A stretch of DNA of 64,000 nucleotides from Bacteroidales bacterium (GCA_041737295.1 JBGSSA010000163.1:6898-70897), one strand, 5' to 3'; positions 1-9,543 are shown, counted from the first letter of the stretch. Numbers and translations are program-made. The notes: a model not told the origin generated them from the letters alone.

Positions 1-2
1 CT

Positions 3-122
3 TATGACAAGGAATCCGGCAAGGTGGTTTGGAAATTGAACCTTGCGCCTTCGGAAGAAAAGAAGCTGCGGCTTTCCTTCGCCATTAAGTATCCGAAGGA
101 TAAACAGGTGTTTGTGGACTGA
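3..122 (+). CDS. 3' end of a gene cut by the window edge; resembles the C-terminus of DUF4139/MuiA-family proteins
   Basis: Open frame YDKESGKVVWKLNLAPSEEKKLRLSFAIKYPKDKQVFVD* ending at TGA 120-122; G-x-x-x-W-x-L-x-L-x-P-x-E...KYPK pattern. Confidence 0.55.
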   Translation, partial: YDKESGKVVWKLNLAPSEEKKLRLSFAIKYPKDKQVFVD

Positions 123-154
123 CAAGTGACAAGTGACAAGCGACGAGTGACAAG
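121..154 (+). repeat. Heptamer tandem repeat GAC(A/G)AG(T/C), about 5 copies, starting at the upstream stop codon
   Basis: gacaagt gacaagt gacaagc gacgagt gacaag. Confidence 0.9.
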
Positions 155-157
155 ATA

Positions 158-190
158 AAACCCCAGGAATTTTCAGATTTCCTGGGGTTT
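158..190. terminator. Probable bidirectional intrinsic terminator between convergent genes
   Basis: AAACCCCAGGAA-loop-TTCCTGGGGTTT inverted repeat with A/T tails. Confidence 0.75.
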
Positions 191-191
191 A

Positions 192-270
192 ACTGCGTGA
201 CTGCACGACTTTCTTATTGTAAAACTGCAAAACTCTTCCTCGTCCCTCGTCCCTTGTCCCTTGTCACTCA
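192..270 (-). repeat. Octamer repeats (ACTGC-containing) followed by heptamer repeats (GGGAC(A/G)A on minus strand) at the nitroreductase 3' end
   Basis: actgcgtgactgcacgact; aaaactgcaaaact; cctcgtccctcgtcccttgtcccttgtcactca. Confidence 0.8.
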
Positions 271-881
271 ATGATTTCAAGGGAATCGGCGAGGTTTGGC
301 TTTGCCTTCGGCTTATGTTCCGACCGGGAATGACCTATGACTACAAAAGCGAGTAATTTTTCAGGTGCATTGATATTCAGCATCTCTTCTATTTCCTGTC
401 TTGCGAACATGGGGCCGCTGAGCCAGCAGGCGCCATACCCCATATCAACAGCCGTAAGCAGGATGTTTTGGATACTGGCCCCGGCACTCTGGATATCCGG
501 ATAATTCCGCAGAATATTAATCTCATCGTGAGTGAGTTCAACAGCCGTTTCAAGCACAGTTTCATAGGGCTTAGTCACCAGGGCAAGCAAAACAGGTGCA
601 TCCTTAAAAAAAGTGGAAAACCAGGTGACCTGGGTTTTTACATTTTTTGAAGCAATGGATTTGGAGGAAGGCAGGTTTTCGATCTTAGCGGTTACCGCAT
701 CGGCCATCCTGTTTAGCAAATCTTTTTTTGTAATGGCAATATACCTCCAGGGCTGGAAATTATTTACACTGGGAGCCAGGCCTGCACGCCGCACCATCTC
801 CCGGACATCTTCCATATTTACTTTTTCTTCGTTAAAGATCCGAATGCTTGTCCGGGCTTCGATTGCTGCTTTAAGTTCCAT
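264..881 (-). CDS. Nitroreductase family protein
   Basis: RTSIRIF, APSVNNFQPW, QNILLTAVDMGYGACW motifs. Confidence 0.9.
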   Translation of the reverse strand: MELKAAIEARTSIRIFNEEKVNMEDVREMVRRAGLAPSVNNFQPWRYIAITKKDLLNRMADAVTAKIENLPSSKSIASKNVKTQVTWFSTFFKDAPVLLALVTKPYETVLETAVELTHDEINILRNYPDIQSAGASIQNILLTAVDMGYGACWLSGPMFARQEIEEMLNINAPEKLLAFVVIGHSRSEHKPKAKPNLADSLEIIE

Positions 882-1001
882 GGCCTGAGTATATTTTCAT
901 CCAAATTAAAATATTTTTATATAAAAATGAAACCATGCAGCAACTATTTTGGTAAACTGTGAAACATCTTGGAGAGCAGCGCACCAACCCAGGTTTTTTT
1001 T

Positions 1002-1841
1002 ATGATGGTTACAGATCAGGATTATCAGCTCTTTGTTTATGCCTTGAAGAATTCTTCGAAGTATGACTTTAGCCAGTATTCGGAGAAATCCCTGAAGCGG
1101 AGGATCCTGAAAATACTGACTGATCATCGGCTTACGTTGCCCGCTCTGATCTCAAGAATGAAATGTGATCCTGATTTTGTAGAGAAAATCGTGAAGGAGA
1201 TCACCGTGAATACGAGCGAACTCTTTCGTGACCCGCAGGTTTGGCAGACCCTGCGGTTTATAATCCTTCCCCGGTTCAAAAACAACAGTATCATCAATAT
1301 ATGGCATGCAGGATGTTCCACGGGCCAGGAAGTTTATTCCATGCTTATCCTGCTTAATGAATTAAACCTCCTTGAAAAATCTAAAATCTACGCTACCGAC
1401 ATCAACAGTGATGTGATGGATACGGCTAAACTGGGCGAATACCGTTACCGGTTTAACCTTTCCTATCTCGATAATTTCGATAAGGTGATCAAGGAAAATC
1501 CATATAACTATGATGAATATAACGATGTTCCGTATGATAAATATTTCACACTCGACAAGGCTACGGATACAATCCGTATGAAGCCTTTCCTGAGGGAAAA
1601 GCCCGTTTTCAAAAAACATGACCTTGTGACGGAAAACAATACATTGTATGTAAAATTCGACCTCATCCTTTGCCGGAATGTGATTATATATTTTAATTAC
1701 AACCTGCAATGCCAGGTCTTTGATCTTTTTCACCAGAATCTGTATGACAGCGGATGCCTGATGTTGGGCCTGCATGAGACGATCCTGGGGGCCCATGCTG
1801 CCAAGTTTCAAAAAAAAGGGCATGCATACCTTAAAAATTGA
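1002..1841 (+). CDS. cheR: CheR-family protein-glutamate O-methyltransferase with canonical motifs
   Basis: ITVNTSELFRDP, IWHAGCSTGQEVYS, ATDIN, DLILCRNVIIYF; ATG 1002 preferred over the ORF-track start 969. Confidence 0.9.
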   Translation: MMVTDQDYQLFVYALKNSSKYDFSQYSEKSLKRRILKILTDHRLTLPALISRMKCDPDFVEKIVKEITVNTSELFRDPQVWQTLRFIILPRFKNNSIINIWHAGCSTGQEVYSMLILLNELNLLEKSKIYATDINSDVMDTAKLGEYRYRFNLSYLDNFDKVIKENPYNYDEYNDVPYDKYFTLDKATDTIRMKPFLREKPVFKKHDLVTENNTLYVKFDLILCRNVIIYFNYNLQCQVFDLFHQNLYDSGCLMLGLHETILGAHAAKFQKKGHAYLKN

Positions 1842-1904
1842 TCCTCTTAGGATATATTTGAATTATTTGAAAACCAAAAGATTATTACCAATAACCAGTA
1901 AAAA

Positions 1905-4079
1905 ATGAAAATTAAAACAACCATATCTGCCATTTCAAAAAATATGTTTTTTGGCATTGGGTTTGTCCTTTTTGCAGGCCTGGTGCTCCTGATCAACTGG
2001 TTTTTTAATTCGCCGGTCAAACAGGCTGATATGATTAACCGCCGACTGGTCAGAACAGAACAACAGATCAATATGCTGAGGTCCGCTCAAAATGAGCTAA
2101 TTCTCCGGTATGACATGGCGGAGGACCTTTTTGCCGATACCCAAAGCCTGTCGGAGGAACAGGTAACATCCGCATTAAATACCGTGAAGAGTGATATTGA
2201 ATACTTCCAGGGCTTCCGTGTAGTGAAAAATCATCCGGCAATAGCCACTTCTCTCAGCAACCAGGGTATTGCACTGAATGAATACGAAGGGAACCTGAAA
2301 GTTCTTATGATGGCGACCGTAGAAAGGGGCAGTGAGCATTCAGGGCTTATAAGCCGCTGGCTTGAAGTAAGCTCAGGAATGCTGAATGCAGCCTCCGACA
2401 ACGGACCTGACATGGTAAGGATGGTTGAAAAATTAAAGCAGACCGAAACAGCATACCTGTTGAATAGCAACATGAAAGGTATAAATGATATCCTTGCATT
2501 GGCCGATGAAATCAGAACCAGGCTTTCGGGAAAAGAAACAGGGATTAAGGTCAGTGACCTGGATTCATACACTGCATTAACAAACAACCTTGTTTCCGTT
2601 GACACGCGGATCGGAACATCCGGAAACCCGGGAATTATTTCGAATACCGGTAAAAGCCTTGAGGCGCTCCTAAATGCCTCCTCGAACACAACCCTTCTCA
2701 TGAATGAGGCTCTGCAAAAAAGGAAAACCGTATGGACTATTGCCCTGTATGTAATAATAGTCCTGATAACCATTTGCGGGATCATTTTCCTCATAGTGAT
2801 CACGAACAGGGTAATCACAACCCCCCTGTCAACTACCGCCGCTTATCTTGGTGACATTGCAGCCGGTAAATTGCCTGCGCAACCCCTGTCCGAAGAGGGG
2901 CTTCCCGAAATTAAGCAGGTTGACCATGCCGTGAATGAACTGTTAATTGAATTAAAAAAGAAAACTGATTTTACCCGTTCCCTGAATGAGAATAATCTCG
3001 GTATACAGCTAATCGCTTCCGGTCCCCACGATGAACTGGCCGGGGAACTGAACTCACTGCAGAAAAAAATGACGGATACTGCCGATGTTCAGAGAATGAA
3101 CGATGTGGAAAATGCCAAAAGACGGTACATTAATGAAGGCCTGGCAAAATTTGCCGAGATTTTGCGGACGCAAAGCAATGATATCCATTTGCTGGGAGAT
3201 GCTTTTATCCGTGAGATCGTAAAATACCTGGGAGCTATCCAGGGCGGGTTTTTCCTGCTTAATGAGGACAAGGGCGATGAAAAAATGCTGGAACTGGTAT
3301 CCTCATTTGCCTACAACCGCAAGAAATACATGCAAAAATCGCTTTACCCGGGTGAAGGACTTGTAGGAACATGTGCCATGGAAAAGCAGATCATCAACCT
3401 TACTGAAATTCCGGAGGGATATATCACAATCACCTCGGGACTTGGCGATACAAAGCCCGACAACCTGCTGCTGGTTCCGGTATTGCACGAATCGGAACTC
3501 ATCGGTGTGCTTGAAATTGCCTCCCTGGCCCTGTTCAAGGAGCACGAAATTCAGTTTGCAGGAGAGGTTGCCGGCAGCCTGGGCGCAACGATCATTTATG
3601 CCCGCAATAACCAGCGAACATCCGAGCTGCTGATGAAATCACAGCAACAGGCGCTTGAAATGTCGGAACAGGAAGAGGAAATGAGGCAGAACATGGAAGA
3701 GCTGAAAGCTACACAGGAAGAGTCATCGCGCCGTGAAGAAGAATTCCGTGGCATTGCCGAAGCCATCAGCCAGTCGCTTTTTATGATTGAGTACGGCCTG
3801 GATGGCATAATCCGTGACGTGAATGATAAATTCTGCATTTTCATGGGCCTTACACGTGAGGATATCCTGGGAAGAGATCATCATACCGTCCTGGCAGGTA
3901 CGCTGATTCCGGATACGTTGTTCTGGGAAGAACTGCAACGAAACAATCATGTAACGCTGACTGAAAAAATAAAAATAGGCAGGAAACAGCATCATCTGAA
4001 GGAACATTTTGCCGTGGTTCAGAACAAGGATGGCATTGTCGTCAGGTACATCAATTTCATTACCGAAGTTACAACATAA
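1905..4079 (+). CDS. Membrane sensor: TM-periplasmic domain-TM-HAMP-GAF-methyl-accepting-like coiled coil-PAS, no output domain
   Basis: Two hydrophobic segments; GAF motif GEGLVGTCA...ITSGLG..PDNLLLVP; heptads EQEEEMR QNMEELK ATQEESS; C-terminal PAS-like DGIIRDVNDKFC. Confidence 0.8.
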   Translation: MKIKTTISAISKNMFFGIGFVLFAGLVLLINWFFNSPVKQADMINRRLVRTEQQINMLRSAQNELILRYDMAEDLFADTQSLSEEQVTSALNTVKSDIEYFQGFRVVKNHPAIATSLSNQGIALNEYEGNLKVLMMATVERGSEHSGLISRWLEVSSGMLNAASDNGPDMVRMVEKLKQTETAYLLNSNMKGINDILALADEIRTRLSGKETGIKVSDLDSYTALTNNLVSVDTRIGTSGNPGIISNTGKSLEALLNASSNTTLLMNEALQKRKTVWTIALYVIIVLITICGIIFLIVITNRVITTPLSTTAAYLGDIAAGKLPAQPLSEEGLPEIKQVDHAVNELLIELKKKTDFTRSLNENNLGIQLIASGPHDELAGELNSLQKKMTDTADVQRMNDVENAKRRYINEGLAKFAEILRTQSNDIHLLGDAFIREIVKYLGAIQGGFFLLNEDKGDEKMLELVSSFAYNRKKYMQKSLYPGEGLVGTCAMEKQIINLTEIPEGYITITSGLGDTKPDNLLLVPVLHESELIGVLEIASLALFKEHEIQFAGEVAGSLGATIIYARNNQRTSELLMKSQQQALEMSEQEEEMRQNMEELKATQEESSRREEEFRGIAEAISQSLFMIEYGLDGIIRDVNDKFCIFMGLTREDILGRDHHTVLAGTLIPDTLFWEELQRNNHVTLTEKIKIGRKQHHLKEHFAVVQNKDGIVVRYINFITEVTT

Positions 4080-4109
4080 TCAGGGGTACAACCAATACAC
4101 CACCAAACC

Positions 4110-4940
4110 ATGCCTGAACTGGGAATTGTTGACATACGGGAAATTATAAGGGTTGTGAAATCAGAATACGATTATGATTTTGCAAATTATGCCCTTACCT
4201 CTTTCAAGCAGCGGCTTGAGCGGCTCATGTCTTTGTATAATATCAGCAGTATAGAATCGCTGACCGGAAAATTAAAAGACGAAAGCGCTTTCATTGACAC
4301 CTTCCTGCACGAAATTACTGTACCCTCCACGGAAATGTTCCGGGATCCTTCGTTGTGGAGATGGTTGCGCGAAGAATATTTTCCGAAGGTTATGGATAAA
4401 TTTCCCGGCAAATTCAAGATCTGGCTGCCCTCATGCGTTTCAGGCGGTGAGCTGTTTTCACTGGCCATCCTGCTTTCGGAATCGGGATTTCTCGATAAGG
4501 TACAGATCATTGCCAGTTGCCTCAGCCTGAAAAGCATCGAGGAAATTAAAAGCGGAAGTTATGACCAGAAAAAAATGGAAATTTCCGAAGAAAATTACAA
4601 GCGTTTCAATGGTTCACGGCAGCTTTCAGATTACTATAAGAGTGACCGTACCGGGATAACAAGGGATACATCGTTAATAAGCCAGGTTGAATTTAAAAAA
4701 CTAAATATTAACTTTGATACTGCACCCCAAAACGTCAGGCTTATATTATTCAGAAACAGCATGATATACTATTACCCCACGCAACAGGAAAAGGTTTTGC
4801 GGATACTCTATAATTCCTTATCAGCTTCAGGACACCTTGTAATCGGCATACGTGAAAAATTAACCGGAATGAGCCCCGGACGCGATTTTGAATTGGCAAA
4901 TGAACTTGAATGTGTTTATCGTAAACGAATATTCAGTTAA
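4110..4940 (+). CDS. cheR: Second CheR-family protein with degenerate SAM-binding motifs
   Basis: YDYDFANYALTSFKQR and TEMFRDP retained; IWLPSCVSGGE, IASCLS and RLILFRNSMIYY replace the canonical motifs. Confidence 0.8.
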   Translation: MPELGIVDIREIIRVVKSEYDYDFANYALTSFKQRLERLMSLYNISSIESLTGKLKDESAFIDTFLHEITVPSTEMFRDPSLWRWLREEYFPKVMDKFPGKFKIWLPSCVSGGELFSLAILLSESGFLDKVQIIASCLSLKSIEEIKSGSYDQKKMEISEENYKRFNGSRQLSDYYKSDRTGITRDTSLISQVEFKKLNINFDTAPQNVRLILFRNSMIYYYPTQQEKVLRILYNSLSASGHLVIGIREKLTGMSPGRDFELANELECVYRKRIFS

Positions 4941-4943
4941 GCG

Positions 4944-5504
4944 ATGAATTACAAGGCAGTAATAATAGGCGGATCCGCCGGCAGTTTCCAGGTAGTAACC
5001 CGGATACTGAACGGTTTGCCAAAATCATTTCCGTTGCCTGTGCTGCTTTGCCTTCACCGGCTGAAGCATGTACGTTCGGGATTCGTTGAAGCCCTTTCCC
5101 TTAAATCGAACATACCCGTTGAAGAGCCCTATGATAAGGATCTGCTTCGCCCGGGAAAGGCCTATCTTGCCCCGGCCAATTATCATATGTACATAGAACT
5201 AGCTAACCGTATTGCGCTTTCAACAGAGGAAACCGTAAATCATTCCAGGCCGTCAATTGATCTTTCATTTATCACGGCGGCCAATGCCTACCGCGAAAAG
5301 CTCATCGGGATCATTCTCTCGGGGGCCAATAAGGACGGTGCCGCGGGGCTTAAAAAGGTTCACGACAACGGGGGCATTGCCATTGTTCAGGATCCGGCTG
5401 AATGTGAGGTGAAAACAATGACCCAATCAGCCCTGCAACTTACCCGGGTGGATTTCGTATATACCACAGATCAAATCATTAATTACCTTGTAAAGCTTAA
5501 GTAA
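4944..5504 (+). CDS. cheB: Stand-alone CheB methylesterase (no receiver domain)
   Basis: IGGSAGS (Ser), LHR (His), SRPSID, ILSGANKDGA (Asp); 186 aa. Confidence 0.9.
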   Translation: MNYKAVIIGGSAGSFQVVTRILNGLPKSFPLPVLLCLHRLKHVRSGFVEALSLKSNIPVEEPYDKDLLRPGKAYLAPANYHMYIELANRIALSTEETVNHSRPSIDLSFITAANAYREKLIGIILSGANKDGAAGLKKVHDNGGIAIVQDPAECEVKTMTQSALQLTRVDFVYTTDQIINYLVKLK

Positions 5505-5508
5505 AACG

Positions 5509-6294
5509 ATGCAAAGCCTCAGTAAATACAGACAATTCAGCATAGCAGCGATGATCATTATGGTCATCTCTTTTGCACTGTCATTTGCCTCGTTATGGAA
5601 CACGGTTTTGACAGGTAAAATCAAGTATACGGGATGGAATATTGCTTTTATTCTAATTCTTTTTATTTCCGGAATGCTCCTTTTTTACTTCGCATACCGG
5701 TTTACGGATGAAAAAGCCGCCGAAGAGGAACAAAAAAAAGCATATGAATCAGGAAAAGCCGAAATTCTGAATGAACTTGAAAAAAGAAACCAGGTTGAAA
5801 AACAAACCCGGCAAACCGATGACGAAGACATTGAAAAAGCAGTATCCCAAATAATGACGGGGATCAAATCGGGCCGTACCCTGAAAACGGGAAACAAGAT
5901 CCTGGCCACCCTGGCCAAACATCTTGATTTTGTGCAGGGCATCCTTTATATAAAAGAACCATCAGGCGAATTATTTATCCCGGAAGGAGAATATGCTTTG
6001 ACCGGACAAAAACCCGCTGCCTTTCAAAAGGGAGAAGGATTGGCCGGACAGGTGGCGGATAGCATGACTCCCATGGTACTTTACGACATTCCGGAACAGT
6101 ATTTTTCTGTAGAATCGGCACTGGGAAGTTCCAAACCATGTTTCCTGCTGCTTACCCCGCTGATTTTTGAAGGCGAATGCTTTGCCGTGATCGAACTGGC
6201 TGCCTTCAAAAAGCCGGATGATCTCACGGGTAAAATTATGCAGAAATTATCTGCTGAACTGGGACCTATATTACATACTTCTTTTGCTGCCTGA
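5509..6294 (+). CDS. 2-TM membrane protein with a C-terminal GAF domain only
   Basis: Two N-terminal TM segments, charged helix, GEGLAGQVA...VESALGSSKPCFLLLTP. Confidence 0.75.
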   Translation: MQSLSKYRQFSIAAMIIMVISFALSFASLWNTVLTGKIKYTGWNIAFILILFISGMLLFYFAYRFTDEKAAEEEQKKAYESGKAEILNELEKRNQVEKQTRQTDDEDIEKAVSQIMTGIKSGRTLKTGNKILATLAKHLDFVQGILYIKEPSGELFIPEGEYALTGQKPAAFQKGEGLAGQVADSMTPMVLYDIPEQYFSVESALGSSKPCFLLLTPLIFEGECFAVIELAAFKKPDDLTGKIMQKLSAELGPILHTSFAA

Positions 6295-6300
6295 TGACCC

Positions 6301-8922
6301 ATGAATGAAGAAAAAAGAAATACAATCCTTCAGGATATTATAAACAGTGAAACATTTGTCACTGCGCTTGTTGCCGGTATACTGTTCCCGCTTATCGCAT
6401 GGAGTATTCAATTCGTACACGGCAACGTTGCCGTTTCCGTATCGGGAATCGGTACCATACACAGGAATAATCCCGTATTGTGGATCCTTGATATCGTTCC
6501 TTTCATATTCATTGCAGGATCTTATTTCCTTGATCAGCGGCAGAAAAGAATACACGGTCAACTATCAACCCAGCTGCATGAACGGGATGCCCGCATGAAT
6601 ACGATGGCAGATTTCGCCCAGAATATCGGGGAAGGGAATTACACATCAAAGCTGGCACTCGATACGAACAATGACACGCTGGCCCAGTCGTTGCTTGTTA
6701 TGCGCGACAACCTGCTGCAGAATACGAGAAAAGAATCTGAACTCAGCTGGATAGCCGGGGGCAAGGAAACCATATCCGACATCCTGCAACAATATAATAA
6801 GATCGATGAACTCTCCAACCGGGTCATTCATTCCCTGGTTAATTACACCCGGCTTGTTCAGGGCGCCCTGTATATTTATGATGAAGATACAAAAACTCTC
6901 AAAAGCGCCGCCACTTATGCCTATAACCGAAGGAAATTCATCACACAGGAATATAAACTGGGATATGGATTGATCGGGGAATGTGCCTACGAGATGGACT
7001 ACATTTACCGCACCGAAATTCCGGATGAATATGTAAGCATCAGCTCCGGCCTCCTGGGAGACCGGAAACCGCGCAGCCTGCTGCTAATACCGCTTATTTC
7101 GGATGAAAAGCTCCAGGGTGTGCTTGAATTTGCTTCCCTCGAAGCCCAGATCCCCCAACTAACCATTACCTTATTAAAAGAACTCGGCGAAATTATTGCC
7201 AGGACCTTTTTCAACTTGAAAATCAATCAGCGCACCGAAAAGTTACTGATCGAATCACAGCAGATGACGCTTGAATTGCAGGAAAATGAGGAGGAACTGC
7301 GGCAAAATGCAGAGGAAATGCGGGCTACCCAGGAAGAACTCAAAAAGTCGAATGATCACCTTGAATCGAAAATCCTTGAGGTGGAAAATGCCCAGAAAAG
7401 ACAATATTCGCTGCTCGAAAATGCATCAGAGATCATTGCCATTTATGACGAAAACATGGTAATGACCTATGAAAGCCCGTCTGTCATTAATATCCTGGGC
7501 TTTACACCCGAAGAAATGATGGCGGGTCAGGATATGAACCGGCTGACCCGAAAAGGGGAAACCAGTATGCGGAATATGTTCAAACAGCTGCTGGCCAATC
7601 CGGCCGAACCGGTTGTGATACAGTATACCTACATGAAAAAGAACGGGCAGAAGATATTCCTGGAGGCAACAGGACGTAATCTGCTAAGTGATAGCGCAAT
7701 CAGCGGTATCATTATCAACTCAACCGATATTACCGAACGGAAACGTGCTGAAAGGGAAGAGCGTTTAAAAAGCAAGATGCAGGCCTTATCGGAAAATTCA
7801 CTCGATCTGATCATACGACTCAGCACGGTAGGGCAGTTCTTTTACGCCAACCCCGTGGTCAGCAATTTCATGGATATAGATCCACGCGACATTCTGAATA
7901 AAACCCTCAACGAAGTGCCGATGTCGGAGATGCTGAAGGCATATTTCAGGGAAACTCTCGACACAATCAAAGCATCCCCCGAAAAGCGGGCTGCAGAAAT
8001 TACAATTTCCACTGTGACTGACGGGGTTCAAACAGACCGGATCATGAGTTTTGCAGCCATCCCCGAATTTAATGAGAATGAACTGGAGACCGTGTTATTT
8101 GTGGGACATGATATTACCGAAGCCAAACAGATTGAGCATGAGATCCAGGATAAGAACAGGAAAATTGAGGATTCGATCAATTATGCTCAGCGCATTCAGA
8201 GTTCTATACTACCGGATATTCGTTCCATAAGGGAATACCTGCCCAAATCATTCGTGTATTATAAACCCCGTGATGTGGTCAGCGGTGACTTCCCATGGTT
8301 CTTCAACAAGGGCAATGATATTTATATCGCTGTGGTGGACTGCACGGGCCATGGCGTGCCGGGTGCCCTGCTGTCGTTTGTAGGCTATTTCCTGCTGAAT
8401 AATATTGTTGACCGTGACAAGAAGTTCTCTGCCGCCGAAGTTTGCGACCTTCTTCATTTCGGCGTGAGAAAAACCCTGAAACAGGATAGTGAGGACGCCG
8501 AGGCCAGGGATGGCATGGATATCGCATTTTGCAAAGTGAACCACGTTGACCGTGAATTACAGTATGCAGGAGCACACCGCCCGCTTTACCTGTTGCGAAA
8601 CGGTGAATTGCTTGAATATAAAGGTGACCGGAAGGCAATCGGGGGAATACCCCACCGCAAAAAAGAGGAGGAGAATTTCACCAATTATGTGATCAAGTAC
8701 AAACGTGGCGACAAGTTTTTCTTCTTTTCTGACGGACTCCCCGACCAGCTGGGCGGTTCAGAAGGAAAAAAATACTCACCCAAACGTATTCGCGAACTGA
8801 TCCTTGAAAATAAAAGTCTGCCCATTGAACAGTATTGTACTCTATTTGAGGAGGACTTTGATGTCTGGAAAGGTGAAAGCAAGCAAATTGACGACGTTTT
8901 GCTGATCGGAATTGAATTTTAG
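6301..8922 (+). CDS. SiaA-like membrane PP2C/SpoIIE phosphatase: TM-HAMP-like-GAF-EE coiled coil-PAS-PAS-SpoIIE
   Basis: GYGLIGECA GAF; ENEEELR QNAEEMR ATQEELK; two PAS/PAC units ending DITE; RDVVSGDF, DCTGHGVPGA, DGMD, FSDGLPDQ, IDDV PP2C motifs. Confidence 0.88.
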   Translation: MNEEKRNTILQDIINSETFVTALVAGILFPLIAWSIQFVHGNVAVSVSGIGTIHRNNPVLWILDIVPFIFIAGSYFLDQRQKRIHGQLSTQLHERDARMNTMADFAQNIGEGNYTSKLALDTNNDTLAQSLLVMRDNLLQNTRKESELSWIAGGKETISDILQQYNKIDELSNRVIHSLVNYTRLVQGALYIYDEDTKTLKSAATYAYNRRKFITQEYKLGYGLIGECAYEMDYIYRTEIPDEYVSISSGLLGDRKPRSLLLIPLISDEKLQGVLEFASLEAQIPQLTITLLKELGEIIARTFFNLKINQRTEKLLIESQQMTLELQENEEELRQNAEEMRATQEELKKSNDHLESKILEVENAQKRQYSLLENASEIIAIYDENMVMTYESPSVINILGFTPEEMMAGQDMNRLTRKGETSMRNMFKQLLANPAEPVVIQYTYMKKNGQKIFLEATGRNLLSDSAISGIIINSTDITERKRAEREERLKSKMQALSENSLDLIIRLSTVGQFFYANPVVSNFMDIDPRDILNKTLNEVPMSEMLKAYFRETLDTIKASPEKRAAEITISTVTDGVQTDRIMSFAAIPEFNENELETVLFVGHDITEAKQIEHEIQDKNRKIEDSINYAQRIQSSILPDIRSIREYLPKSFVYYKPRDVVSGDFPWFFNKGNDIYIAVVDCTGHGVPGALLSFVGYFLLNNIVDRDKKFSAAEVCDLLHFGVRKTLKQDSEDAEARDGMDIAFCKVNHVDRELQYAGAHRPLYLLRNGELLEYKGDRKAIGGIPHRKKEEENFTNYVIKYKRGDKFFFFSDGLPDQLGGSEGKKYSPKRIRELILENKSLPIEQYCTLFEEDFDVWKGESKQIDDVLLIGIEF

Positions 8923-8948
8923 TAATATTGTAATAAATCTGTTAACCT

Positions 8949-9530
8949 ATGGATAATAAAAAAGATGTGAAAGGTTTTCTGGAATTTGTATACGAATTCT
9001 ACAAATCCATGAAAGCTCATGAAATTACCCTCGTGTATGAAGGCGAAATTACACATCAGATTACGAAAGCTTTTACTTCGCTTACCGAATCGAACATGTC
9101 AAAAGAAGATGAACCGAATTCAGTTCAGCGAAAAGTATTTCATGTGATGGTCGAATGCCTTCAGAACATCAGCAAGCATGCTGATGACTTTACATCCAAT
9201 GATTACCTTTTTTCAGGCCGCGGAATCTTTCTTGTCAGCAAAGGTGAAAACGAATATAGCGTTACAACCGGAAATGCTGTTGAAAATGAGAAGATTGAAT
9301 ACCTCACGGAACTGCTTGAAAACATCAACCGGATGGACAAGGAAGAATTAAAGGAACTGTATAAAAAGCAGATGAAAGAGGGCCGGCTTTCCGAAAAGGG
9401 AGGCGCCGGACTTGGCTTTATCGATATCAAACGAAAAACCAACAAGGAACTGGAATATCATTTCCTGCCCATTTCAGATGATACCTCCTTTTTTCTGCTG
9501 ACATCCACTATTTCAAGATCTGACAATTAA
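8949..9530 (+). CDS. SiaB-family protein kinase (GHKL-like)
   Basis: LVYEGEI, VMVECLQNISKH, LKELYKKQM, GGAGLGFIDI; sits between a PP2C gene and siaC. Confidence 0.85.
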   Translation: MDNKKDVKGFLEFVYEFYKSMKAHEITLVYEGEITHQITKAFTSLTESNMSKEDEPNSVQRKVFHVMVECLQNISKHADDFTSNDYLFSGRGIFLVSKGENEYSVTTGNAVENEKIEYLTELLENINRMDKEELKELYKKQMKEGRLSEKGGAGLGFIDIKRKTNKELEYHFLPISDDTSFFLLTSTISRSDN

Positions 9531-9543
9531 AATCATTCAATAT

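Noticed and set aside
1002-5504. Classical flagellar chemotaxis operon
   Set aside because: No CheA, CheW, CheY or MCP signalling hairpin is present, and CheB lacks a receiver domain.
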